Part shown: piece after piece, positions 1 through 8,351 of the stretch
Layout of the letters: every line of letters begins with the position of its first letter
Numbering within the stretch: the stretch's first letter is position 1
IMG/VR virus record: IMGVR_UViG_3300048598_000468
Span: 1-49,552 of that record
From: a virus
Lineage: Duplodnaviria; Caudoviricetes
Direction: 5' to 3' (one strand)
DNA: 49,552 bases
Program-made: the position numbers and the translations under genes
The notes under the pieces: generated by a model
Told to the model about the DNA's origin: nothing
The model's database searches: none
What the model saw: the letters and a program-made list of their open reading frames with translations, nothing else

Positions 1-69
1 AAACGCGATCCACGTGCCGAATCCGCCAGAAAACAGCGTGAAATCGGCTTCAACCTGGACATTTGGAGA

Positions 70-144
70 TGGCTGGGACGGGAGGGTTCGAACCTCCGAA
101 TGGCGGAATCAAAATCCGCTGCCTTACCACTTGGCTACGTCCCA
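70..144 (-). tRNA. tRNA-Gln(TTG)
   Basis: Reverse complement TGGGACGTAGCCAAGTGGTAAGGCAGCGGATTTTGATTCCGCCATTCGGAGGTTCGAACCCTCCCGTCCCAGCCA: cloverleaf, TTG anticodon, GGTTCGAA T-loop, encoded CCA. Confidence 0.97.
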
Positions 145-189
145 TTATCCGGCAGCCTTCGGCATCATAGGCCGGGAGCTGGGCGCCGC

Positions 190-218
190 ACCATAGTGAC
201 ACCGCCGCGCGACGGCAA
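190..218 (-). promoter_or_regulatory. sigma70-type promoter of tRNA-Gln
   Basis: Minus strand TTGCCG-N17-TATGGT about 45 nt upstream of the tRNA. Confidence 0.6.
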
Positions 219-253
219 TCCTCGGAGAGTGGAAAATCACATGCGGGATCAGC

Positions 254-282
254 TTGCCCTCCGGGGGACGTGTCGCTATAAA
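254..282 (+). promoter_or_regulatory. sigma70-type promoter of tRNA-Pro
   Basis: TTGCCC-N17-TATAAA. Confidence 0.65.
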
Positions 283-339
283 GCCGCCTCGCGCTTCGCC
301 ACCCACCCGGGCTGACGAGGCGCAACCCTCATGCGACGT

Positions 340-450
340 CTAGAGCACGTTGGGTTTTGATTGCACCAATCAAAGCCACGAAACACGCTCTACTTCATGA
401 GTTTAGGCAGACGCACCGCGAACCCCCAGGGTTGGCGCGCATCGGTCTAG
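340..450. repeat. RIME/MITE-like bipartite palindromic intergenic element
   Basis: About 110 bp bounded by CTAG, two imperfect hairpins (TAGAGC...TTTGATT gcacc AATCAAA...GCTCTA, then a second one ending GGTCTAG). Confidence 0.5.
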
Positions 451-464
451 GACACACGGTCGGG

Positions 465-541
465 CGGAGCGTAGCGCAGCCTGGTAGCGCACTTGCTTCG
501 GGAGCAAGGGGTCGGGAGTTCGAATCTCCCCGCTCCGACCA
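465..541 (+). tRNA. tRNA-Pro(CGG), probable prophage integration target
   Basis: CGGAGCGTAGCGCAGCCTGGTAGCGCACTTGCTTCGGGAGCAAGGGGTCGGGAGTTCGAATCTCCCCGCTCCGACCA; CGG anticodon, CCA end. Confidence 0.97.
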
Positions 542-547
542 GTGTCC

Positions 548-615
548 TTTCAATGGGTTAGGTGGAGTCTGACCAGACCCGTTTCGACTCCCGAAAACGC
601 CCTCCATTTCGACTC
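548..615 (+). promoter_or_regulatory. att arm: IHF-like site and putative integrase arm-type repeats
   Basis: TTTCAATGGGTTA (548-560) is one mismatch from IHF consensus WATCAANNNNTTR; direct repeat TTTCGACTC at 582 and 607. Confidence 0.55.
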
Positions 616-669
616 GTGCCCGCTGTGTTCCCTCCGCCGGATCGGCGCCCTCGCCTCCGTTCTCCGGCC

Positions 670-1074
670 ATGCCGCCCTCACCCCGCACCCCTCGTCCGT
701 CGACCACGCTCGCGATGCTCGTCGCGATCGCGCTGCCGGCCGCTGTCGCGCTGTGGCAGCCGCTGCGGGTGGTCGACGGCGACACGATCGACTACGGCTA
801 TTGGCGCTGGCGGCTGGCGGGCTTCGACGCGCCCGAGATCCGTCAGGCGCACTGCCCGGAGGAGCGCGCCCTCGGCCAGTGGGCCGCGGAACGCCTCCGG
901 AGCCTCGTGGAGACGCGAACGCCCCGCCTTGCCTATCTTGGTGACCCCGACAAATACCGCCGCCCCTTGGGCCGCCTGACGTTCTCCGGCGAGGACGTTG
1001 CCGCCATCGCCATCCGCGAGGGCTGGGGCCACGCCTACGACGGGCACGGCCCCCACAGCGACTGGTGCCCGTAA
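670..1074 (+). CDS. Thermonuclease (SNase-like) protein with N-terminal hydrophobic segment
   Basis: VVDGDT, RLAGFDAPE and DKYRRPLG SNase motifs. Confidence 0.85.
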   Translation: MPPSPRTPRPSTTLAMLVAIALPAAVALWQPLRVVDGDTIDYGYWRWRLAGFDAPEIRQAHCPEERALGQWAAERLRSLVETRTPRLAYLGDPDKYRRPLGRLTFSGEDVAAIAIREGWGHAYDGHGPHSDWCP

Positions 1075-1077
1075 CGC

Positions 1078-1130
1078 AAAAAAAAGCCCCCGCCGCCGGC
1101 TCCGGGGGTGGGAGAGCCGACGGCGGGGGC
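1078..1130 (-). terminator. Intrinsic terminator ending the late operon (possibly bidirectional)
   Basis: GCCCCCGCCG...CGGCGGGGGC stem with an A-run on its left (U-tract on minus strand). Confidence 0.7.
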
Positions 1131-1272
1131 GTGCTCGGTTGCCATGCAGGGTGGCGGCCGAGACCACCGCGCGGGGAAGGCGCGCGGCGATGGGATGGTT
1201 CAGGTGCGACGCCTCACGCCAGCAGCCATTTGACGATGCTCGAGCCGAGCACGAGGCCGACGCCGCTCCACA

Positions 1273-1785
1273 TCACGGCGCGAACGAGTTCTCGCTGCTC
1301 GGCCCGGCGGGCGCGGGTGCGCTGCCCGGCGCCGTCTTCGTTTCCGCGATCCCCAGCGCCGCCGCCAGCAGCAGCAGCGCCACCACCACCTCGCGGGCGC
1401 GCGGCAGCACCTCCGTCAACGCCCGGATCAGGTCCGTGATGGACGAGAGCAAACCCACTGCTGCCGTAGGCGGCGGGATAGGGGCTGCCGTAGGCGGCGG
1501 GGTAAGGGGTGCCGGCGGGAGAGCGGGAGCCGTGAGGGGCCCAGGCGTCGCCGCCGGCTGCGTCCGCGCCACCTCGAGCGTCATGACGCGGTCGCTGAGC
1601 GTCCGCATCGCCCCGAAAATCTCCCGGTCGTTGTCGAGGCTGATCTCCTGGCCCTGCTCCAGCCCGCCGAGACGGCTCGACACGCCCATCATGTGCTGAT
1701 CGATGCGGTCCAGCCGCCCCAGCAGCATGTCCCACGGCGAGGGCGGCGCCCAGCTCGGATGCCCATTGGGGCTGCGGTCGTGCAT
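1273..1785 (-). CDS. Hypothetical lysis-region protein (coiled coil, Pro-rich linker, C-terminal hydrophobic helix)
   Basis: GC3-rich codons in this frame (LLGRLDRIDQHMM...LEQGQE); VVVALLLLAAALGIA near the C-terminus; start uncertain. Confidence 0.6.
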   Translation of the reverse strand: MHDRSPNGHPSWAPPSPWDMLLGRLDRIDQHMMGVSSRLGGLEQGQEISLDNDREIFGAMRTLSDRVMTLEVARTQPAATPGPLTAPALPPAPLTPPPTAAPIPPPTAAVGLLSSITDLIRALTEVLPRAREVVVALLLLAAALGIAETKTAPGSAPAPAGPSSENSFAP

Positions 1786-1808
1786 TGCTGATGTCCCCCA
1801 TGGCGCCC

Positions 1809-2171
1809 TCACCGTGTCGCAGTTGCGGCAGGCGGTGCGGGCGCGCTGCGGAGCTCGGCGAGGCCTGCGGCGCACACGCGGCGCTTGCCGGCGAGGCGGC
1901 GGAAACGATCCTTGTTGTCGCGCACGTTGCGGGCGCCCTCGTCCTGCAGCACGTCGCGGTCCGGCAGGTCCACCCAGCGCGGGTCCTTGCCGGTGAGGCA
2001 TTCGTCGGGGATGGCCGGCGGCTGCGCCTCGAGCTCGGCGAGCGCGATCCAGCCGTCGGGCACGTCCTTGCCGGAGCACCCGGCGAGCAGTGCCGCCACG
2101 CCGAGCATCACCACCAGCACGGCGCCGCGGAAACCCGCTGCCTGCTGCCTGCTGCCTGCTGCCTGTCTCAT
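1809..2171 (-). CDS. o-spanin (Rz1-like lipoprotein)
   Basis: Signal peptide with lipobox LAG|C, Pro-rich body, two further Cys; follows the i-spanin with ATGA overlap. Confidence 0.75.
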   Translation of the reverse strand: MRQAAGSRQQAAGFRGAVLVVMLGVAALLAGCSGKDVPDGWIALAELEAQPPAIPDECLTGKDPRWVDLPDRDVLQDEGARNVRDNKDRFRRLAGKRRVCAAGLAELRSAPAPPAATATR

Positions 2172-2581
2172 TTCCTCAGCTCCTTCACGATCGATTGCGG
2201 ATAGATCACAGGGTTGCCCGCGGCGGCCCGCAGCGCGGCGAGCTCGCGCTCGAGCGCGGCGGCGTGCTCGGCCATCGTCTCGATCTGGTCGACGTAGAGG
2301 GCGCGCTCGCGGGCGGCCGCCTCCTCGACGCGCCGGTCACGCAGCCGCGCGCGGACCTGGCCGAGTAGCTTCGACTGCGAGATGACGGACTCCCAGCGCG
2401 ACGCCTCGCCCGAACGGATCTCGTGCACGAGCCAGACGGCGCCGATCAGCACGAGCACCGCGCCGAGGCCGATGGCGAGCGCAGCAAGGCCTGAGCCGTT
2501 GAAGAAGCGGCCGACGGCCGCCTTGGCCCCCAGCGCCTTCGCCGCCCACCAGGCAGCGGACAGAATCGGAATGGCGACCAT
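2168..2581 (-). CDS. i-spanin (Rz-like)
   Basis: N-proximal TM (LAALAIGLGAVLVLIGAVWLV) then coiled coil; coupled to the endolysin stop. Confidence 0.75.
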   Translation of the reverse strand: MVAIPILSAAWWAAKALGAKAAVGRFFNGSGLAALAIGLGAVLVLIGAVWLVHEIRSGEASRWESVISQSKLLGQVRARLRDRRVEEAAARERALYVDQIETMAEHAAALERELAALRAAAGNPVIYPQSIVKELRK

Positions 2582-3420
2582 CAGCGCACTCCCAGCTTGA
2601 GTTCGCTCGCGCGCCGCAGCCAGATGTAGGCCGGGCCGCCGACGAGGAGCACGGCCGTGCCCAGCGCGAGCCAGAACTCGGGTTGCTCGGCGAGCGCGAC
2701 CAGGAAGCCGGTCCACGTGATTGTCTTTGCACCGGCCGCGTTCTTGACGGCCGTCGAGACCAGCACGGCCGTGGTGGTGCCGCCGCCGACGCCCGTCGCA
2801 ACTGCGGCATTGCCCTCGCTCGACTGCGCCATGCTGGCCGGCGGGGCGGTTACCGCGTCGACCGCTTCGGGATGATCGACGGGTTCCTCCGGCGCCGTGG
2901 GCGTCCGCGAATCCCAGAGTTCCTGCTCCCCGTCGCGGCGGCGCTGCAGTCCGCGCATCCGCTCGCCGCCCGAGTAGACGTAGAGGTCGAACGCCTTGCG
3001 GCAGGCGTCGTAATCGCCGCGGTTGAGGCGGGCGACGAGAGTGCGGAGGTTTCCCGGCCCGCAGTTGAAGCAGAACGAGGTGAGCGCGTCGAACTGCCCC
3101 TGCGAGAGGGCCACTTTGACGGCGCGGGCGACGTCCTGCTCGCATTCGTCGAGGTCGACGTCGAGAATTCCGGCGGCCTCGCTCTCGGTCAGCCGGAAGC
3201 CAGGCGGAACGTCGCGCAGCTTGAACCCGAGATCGAACTTGGCCGCGTCGGTGTGCCCGTAGCCGATGGTGAGCGTGCCGATGATCGGATCGCCCGGCCG
3301 CCACTCCCGATAGATCAGGCTGTTGCCGCGGCGCTGCGCCGGAACTTTGTCGTCGTACACCCACGGCACGAAGGTCTCGAACTCCTTGATGAAGCCGAGG
3401 CCCACAGATGAAAGTCGCAT
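2581..3420 (-). CDS. Endolysin, GH24 lysozyme with C-terminal hydrophobic/TM segments
   Basis: IKEFE, TIGYGHT, QFDALTSFCFNCG, GLQRRRDGE motifs; C-terminal FWLALGTAVLLVGGPAYIWLRR. Confidence 0.9.
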   Translation of the reverse strand: MRLSSVGLGFIKEFETFVPWVYDDKVPAQRRGNSLIYREWRPGDPIIGTLTIGYGHTDAAKFDLGFKLRDVPPGFRLTESEAAGILDVDLDECEQDVARAVKVALSQGQFDALTSFCFNCGPGNLRTLVARLNRGDYDACRKAFDLYVYSGGERMRGLQRRRDGEQELWDSRTPTAPEEPVDHPEAVDAVTAPPASMAQSSEGNAAVATGVGGGTTTAVLVSTAVKNAAGAKTITWTGFLVALAEQPEFWLALGTAVLLVGGPAYIWLRRASELKLGVR

Positions 3421-3433
3421 GCCCTTCCCCCAA

Positions 3434-3458
3434 TAAAAAAGGCCGGCGTGAGCCAGCC
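3434..3458 (-). terminator. Terminator-like hairpin between tailspike and endolysin
   Basis: Minus strand GGCTGGC tcac GCCGGCC TTTTTTA. Confidence 0.55.
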
Positions 3459-3485
3459 CGTGCGGACGGTTTCTCCCTGGCCGCC

Positions 3486-6158
3486 CTACAGCGTCCGGTA
3501 CGTGCCAGAGTCGTTCGTGTAGAAACGCAATTCCGACCCCGTCTCGAAGAACCGGAACCGCAAATAGGAGTTGGTGGTTGCGCCGTCGCCGAGCGCGTTT
3601 CCGATGCCGTGCCCGGACCAGTCTCGTTGAAGCACGAACACGCCAGTGTTTCCGCTGAAGCCGTTGGCGGCCCCCAACACTCTCGTGTCCGTTCCGAACA
3701 GGCGCTTCACGTACTCGATGTGGTTGCCGGACATGTTTCGCGGCAGATCGACGTTCGTTCCGCCGCTTGCGATGCTGTCGCATACAGCCGCGAAACCCTC
3801 GACCCAATTGTTTCTGAACACCACTTTTTCATTAGTGGTCGGAACGCTGTCCCTGACTGTCAGAGCCGCTTGAGAGTAGAGCGTCGTACCGCTGTTAAAC
3901 CCCGATCTCGTGAACGGCTTACCAATGAACGAGTTGCCGTCGATGGCGATCTCTCGGATCATCGCGTTGAACAGCAAAACACCGTGCTTCACGTTTCGGA
4001 ACGTGTTGCCCGTGATTTTGACATTTTGAACCTGACCGTTGGGATAGTTGGCATCGGCGGAGTCCGTGTAGATACGGAGACCGACGCCCGTTTGCGAGGT
4101 CGCTTGCTCGCCCTCCGGCAACTCGATCACGTTGCCTGCAATAATAATGTCGCGGATAGGCTCATACGACGACAGCCACGGCCGGGCGCTGATAAACGTG
4201 GACAGGCCAACACTATCGATATCGATTGCGCCTGCTGTTATCGCCGTTGCGCAAATGCTGATCTCATTGCCTGTTACCGTCACGCAGCGCGCAGGGTCGT
4301 GGATGCCGATGCCGGATGCGCAGTAGCGGATAATGTTGCCCGTGATCGTCGCGTGCTTCGAGCGGCATTTGATCATGTCGCCCGTTGTTTGCAGATCCGG
4401 GCGTTCCGTGGAGATGGTATTGTTGGCGACGACAACGTCCATGCCCGACACGTAGAAGGCGTGTTCCGTTGATCCGACCACGTGGTTCGCTGTTATCCGC
4501 CAACCACGGCCGGACCTATTCACATCGCCAAGCGACCATCCGACGTAGACGGGCGTCCACTGCGATCCGTCGAGTTGCGAAAGGCTCTCGTAAGTCGTCT
4601 CACCCGCAACGGCATCATCACACCAACTGAACCGGTTGTGACTGATATCTACATCATCGATACCCTCGACAGCGATGGCGTGGATGAGCGCGCGGCCTGC
4701 CACCTCGTGCGGAGTTCCGTTGAAGGTGCATCCCCGGATGGTCGCGTCGTAGTTCTTCGTCGTGTTGTAGCGCCGGGACGCAGCGTAGTTATAACAAGCT
4801 GGCGCTTGGAAATAGATCGCCTGACTATCAATTGCGTCAAAAGTGTTGTTGAGCGATTTGAAGCCGGTCGTGTTCTTGCAGTGGATCGCGTCCCGCAAGT
4901 CGTTCACATATGACCCAGAGATCGCGTGCCGCGTGTCCTCGCCTATGAACCGGAAGCCCTCGATCACGACATCACGAACCGGGTCCGCAACGTTGCTATC
5001 AGGTACGCCGACGAACAGGATCGGATACGCGTTCGATGACGACGAAATTGAGGTGTTGTACCTGCGGAGAGACGCGCCGCTGCCTTTCCACTTCGTGCCG
5101 CTCTGGGTGATCTTGGCGCCCCAGCGGTCATCGGTGCCGCTGACGCGCGAGACGCGATAGGCGGCATTGCCGAAGTCTACCTCCCGTGTGGTGAGGTAGG
5201 GCATAATCGCGTCAATCGCCTCTAGCGCGGGGCGATCATCATCAACGCCATTGGCTGGCGCACCAAACCACGTCGGCCGCACAGCACCGTCATACACGCG
5301 CACCCACGCGCCGGCGGACGCGGCCACGCTGTCCGCCTTGAGGTAGAGGCCCTCGGCCGTATCGGCTGCGATCTGCGCCGCGTAATCGCCCGTGCGCCAG
5401 ACCCAGGTTCCCTCGCGGCCGGCCTCGCGCAGCACGGCCAGCTTGCGGAGCGATGGGTCGAGCGCCTTCAACTCGGTGCGGGTGGCGCATGTCGTGATTG
5501 CGATGCCGGCAGCCGCCGCTTCCGCCCTGTCGGCCGCGTCCTCGGCCGCCGCCTGGATCGCCGCGCTGGTCTGATCCGACAGCATGCGGAACGTGGAGCC
5601 GTCCTTCCAGCCCGCCACGATCATGCCGGCGACGAGCCCGCCCGGAACTGGATCGTTGCCCGCGCTGGTCTTGATGGTGAGCGGAGAACCGTCCTCGTTG
5701 AACTCCACCGTCACGGGCGTGTTGGTGTTGGTGGCGAAGATCGGCAGCGTGATCAGCGTGCGGCCGTTGCCGTCCGGAATGGGAGACGGCGTCGTGGCCT
5801 CGATGGCATTCGCGGTCCCATCGCCGTCGTTCTGCGCGGCCAGGAAACTGTACGGAAGGTCGGTGAGGCGCGTCCAGGAGCCGGACCCCGAGGCGCCAAC
5901 CTTCGCGTAGATCCCGTTGTATGCCGTCGTGGGGTCGTTCCAGACCCACGCCATCGTGTTGGCCGCGTGTGCGAGGTCGGCGTACAGGCTCGCGCGCGTC
6001 GCATGGATCACGCGCCCGACAACGCTGGTGCCGAGCAGCGCCCCTTCGATCCACGTGCCCCACTCGCGGATCAGGCGCTTTTTCGGCTCCTTGAATCCCG
6101 AGCTCGGGATGCGATCGGTATTGTAGTCGCCCCAAATGTACGACGCGAGTTCAGTCAT
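3486..6158 (-). CDS. Tailspike / receptor-binding protein with pectate-lyase-like beta-helix (putative depolymerase)
   Basis: 890 aa; N-terminal anchor, WFGAPANGVDDDRPAL beta-helix start, repeated I.GN.I / V.GN strands. Confidence 0.85.
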   Translation of the reverse strand: MTELASYIWGDYNTDRIPSSGFKEPKKRLIREWGTWIEGALLGTSVVGRVIHATRASLYADLAHAANTMAWVWNDPTTAYNGIYAKVGASGSGSWTRLTDLPYSFLAAQNDGDGTANAIEATTPSPIPDGNGRTLITLPIFATNTNTPVTVEFNEDGSPLTIKTSAGNDPVPGGLVAGMIVAGWKDGSTFRMLSDQTSAAIQAAAEDAADRAEAAAAGIAITTCATRTELKALDPSLRKLAVLREAGREGTWVWRTGDYAAQIAADTAEGLYLKADSVAASAGAWVRVYDGAVRPTWFGAPANGVDDDRPALEAIDAIMPYLTTREVDFGNAAYRVSRVSGTDDRWGAKITQSGTKWKGSGASLRRYNTSISSSSNAYPILFVGVPDSNVADPVRDVVIEGFRFIGEDTRHAISGSYVNDLRDAIHCKNTTGFKSLNNTFDAIDSQAIYFQAPACYNYAASRRYNTTKNYDATIRGCTFNGTPHEVAGRALIHAIAVEGIDDVDISHNRFSWCDDAVAGETTYESLSQLDGSQWTPVYVGWSLGDVNRSGRGWRITANHVVGSTEHAFYVSGMDVVVANNTISTERPDLQTTGDMIKCRSKHATITGNIIRYCASGIGIHDPARCVTVTGNEISICATAITAGAIDIDSVGLSTFISARPWLSSYEPIRDIIIAGNVIELPEGEQATSQTGVGLRIYTDSADANYPNGQVQNVKITGNTFRNVKHGVLLFNAMIREIAIDGNSFIGKPFTRSGFNSGTTLYSQAALTVRDSVPTTNEKVVFRNNWVEGFAAVCDSIASGGTNVDLPRNMSGNHIEYVKRLFGTDTRVLGAANGFSGNTGVFVLQRDWSGHGIGNALGDGATTNSYLRFRFFETGSELRFYTNDSGTYRTL

Positions 6159-6179
6159 CAGGCTCCCCCCACAAGAGCG

Positions 6180-8351
6180 TCAGGTTACGGTGACGGCGCC
6201 CGTCGCCACCGGTGTGCCCTCGACACCGGAGACGTTGAGCGACACGATCCAGAAGTAGTAGGTGCCGGCGGCAAGGCCGCTCGCGGCGTACTCGTCGGCG
6301 GAGTTCGGCGCGCCGTAGGCGGTCGCAATCGCGGTTGCCGTGCCGAACGAGTTGGTGGTGTTGCGGTAGATGCGCGCCGCGAAGTAGTTGGCGCTGTTCG
6401 GCGCCACCCATTCGAGCGTCGCCGCGCCCGTGCCACCCGTCGCGTTGACGCCCGTCACCGGACCGGACGGCACCGAGTCGACCACCGCCGTCACGGCGAT
6501 CGGCGTGTTCGGCGTCCACACGGACGCGCGCCCGGTCGACGTCATCGCGCGCACCTGCACGTCGTAGGTCTCTCCGTCGAGCAGGCCCACGATGTCCTGG
6601 TGATACTGGTTGACCGGGACGCTGAGCGAGGTCCACGGCTCGAGCGAGCCGCTGACGCGGTAGCGCACCTCGTAGACGAGACTGTCGCGCTCGGGCTCGT
6701 CCCAGGAGACATGGATGGCGACCGATCCGGCGAACGGCTGGCTCACCGCCGTGACGTTCACCGGGACAGGCACGTCCGACGAGGAGAGGATGGTGGTGCG
6801 GGCGGGCCGCGCCGGCTCCTCCGTGACGGAGTCGAAATCGAAATCGGAGGCGGCGACCGAGTGCGCCTCGACCGTCCACGAGAGCCCGTCGTCGTTGCGC
6901 ACGAGCTTGTCGACCTCGAACACCTGATCGAGCCCGAATTCGTCGTGGCGCACCCTGAAGAAGCGCTGGCCGATGAGGCGGATGCCCTGATACTTGAGCA
7001 GGAAGTTCGCGCGGTACTTGGCGCGGCGGACGAGCAGCAGCCGCTTGCCGATGCGGACCGCCTGATTGTGGTGCGGCGCCCAGAACGCCGAGAGCGAGTC
7101 CTCCTCATAGGTCTCGTCGAGGCCGCTGAGCACGTAGGGCGCGGACATGAACTCGCGATAGCCGATCGCGGGCTCGGAATACTGGATCGCGAAGGCGTTG
7201 GTGGTGTCGGTCCCCGAGGGACCCTCGCTGTACTGCACCGAGATGATGTCGTCGTCGACGATCTCGACCGTGGGCTCGATGTAGCGGCCGACGTGGAACC
7301 CCACGACGCCGTTCGCATCCTCGAAGAAGAACGCATCGCACGCCACGCCCATGTGCGCGCGAACCGTCTCGCGCTCGTCGTCCGAGGCGTAGGCGCCAGA
7401 GAGCTGCCAGCGCGGCAGCGGATTGCCGTTGCGGTCAAGCAGGGTCTCGTCGCACACATCCGCCTCGATCGCGACCTTGGCCCAATCGACGCTGCGGCCG
7501 AGACCATCCTCCGACACGATCCAGTCGGCGATGATGAGGGCCGCGTTGGTTGTGAACTTGGTTTCCTCGTCACGCGGGTCGTAGCAGAGGTAGCCCTCGA
7601 TCACGGGCGTGATCGCTGGCTCGCGGCCGGACGGGTAGACGGCGGAGAAATCCTGCGCCTGCACGTTCTCGGTATAGACGACCACGTGGGCGAGACCGGC
7701 CATGTCATGCGCCGCGGTCCACTCCGGAAAGCGCGCCATCAGAAACGGGGAGGACTCCTGGCCCGGCCCGCCCAGATGCAGCTCCACCTTGAGGCGCGAC
7801 ACGCTGCGGCTCTTGAATGCGTCCTCGACGGCCCAGCCGTCCCCGTCGACGGTGAAAGTCCGCTCGTCGGCGTACCAGGTGCGGACACCGTTGATCCGGC
7901 GCGCGGCCAGGATCACGTCGTAGTAGCGCCCGCCCGTCTTGCCCTGCCAGAAGCTGACCGCGCCGCCTTTCCGCACGACGCCGTAGGCGTGCTCGAAATT
8001 GGTGACCGACTGGCGCAAATTGACGATGCGCGCGCCTGGATTGTTGGTCGGGAGCGTCTGCCTCGGGCGCAGCGACTCCTGCACCGTGCGCGCGAGGGAC
8101 GAGATGCCAATCGAGAGCGCGGCGTTGATCAAGAACCCGCCGAGCACCGACGAGCCGAACGCGAACCCCGCCGAAGCGCCCGCCAGCGCGCCCGCGCCGC
8201 CGAGGCCCATGATGACGCCGCCGAGCGAGGTGGCGCCCAGCGCCGCGACGAGACCGCCGATGAACCCGACGACGGGCGGCGCGGCGCGGGCCTCGGTCGC
8301 TCCGAAGCAGAGAAATGTCGCGAGCAGTGCCGCGTAAAGCGCCCTACCCAC
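6180..8351 (-). CDS. Tail tip / central tail protein (J-like) with C-terminal fibronectin-III domains
   Basis: YGVVRKGG, YDPRD...TTNAALIIADW, FN3-like YEVRYR...YDVQVRA; GTG start after GGAG. Confidence 0.85.
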   Translation of the reverse strand: MGRALYAALLATFLCFGATEARAAPPVVGFIGGLVAALGATSLGGVIMGLGGAGALAGASAGFAFGSSVLGGFLINAALSIGISSLARTVQESLRPRQTLPTNNPGARIVNLRQSVTNFEHAYGVVRKGGAVSFWQGKTGGRYYDVILAARRINGVRTWYADERTFTVDGDGWAVEDAFKSRSVSRLKVELHLGGPGQESSPFLMARFPEWTAAHDMAGLAHVVVYTENVQAQDFSAVYPSGREPAITPVIEGYLCYDPRDEETKFTTNAALIIADWIVSEDGLGRSVDWAKVAIEADVCDETLLDRNGNPLPRWQLSGAYASDDERETVRAHMGVACDAFFFEDANGVVGFHVGRYIEPTVEIVDDDIISVQYSEGPSGTDTTNAFAIQYSEPAIGYREFMSAPYVLSGLDETYEEDSLSAFWAPHHNQAVRIGKRLLLVRRAKYRANFLLKYQGIRLIGQRFFRVRHDEFGLDQVFEVDKLVRNDDGLSWTVEAHSVAASDFDFDSVTEEPARPARTTILSSSDVPVPVNVTAVSQPFAGSVAIHVSWDEPERDSLVYEVRYRVSGSLEPWTSLSVPVNQYHQDIVGLLDGETYDVQVRAMTSTGRASVWTPNTPIAVTAVVDSVPSGPVTGVNATGGTGAATLEWVAPNSANYFAARIYRNTTNSFGTATAIATAYGAPNSADEYAASGLAAGTYYFWIVSLNVSGVEGTPVATGAVTVT

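Noticed and set aside
14-682. Short ORFs over the tRNA region
   Set aside because: Translations of tRNA genes and their promoters.
3486-6158. Diversity-generating retroelement or invertible tail-fibre system
   Set aside because: No reverse transcriptase, invertase or template/variable repeat pair seen.
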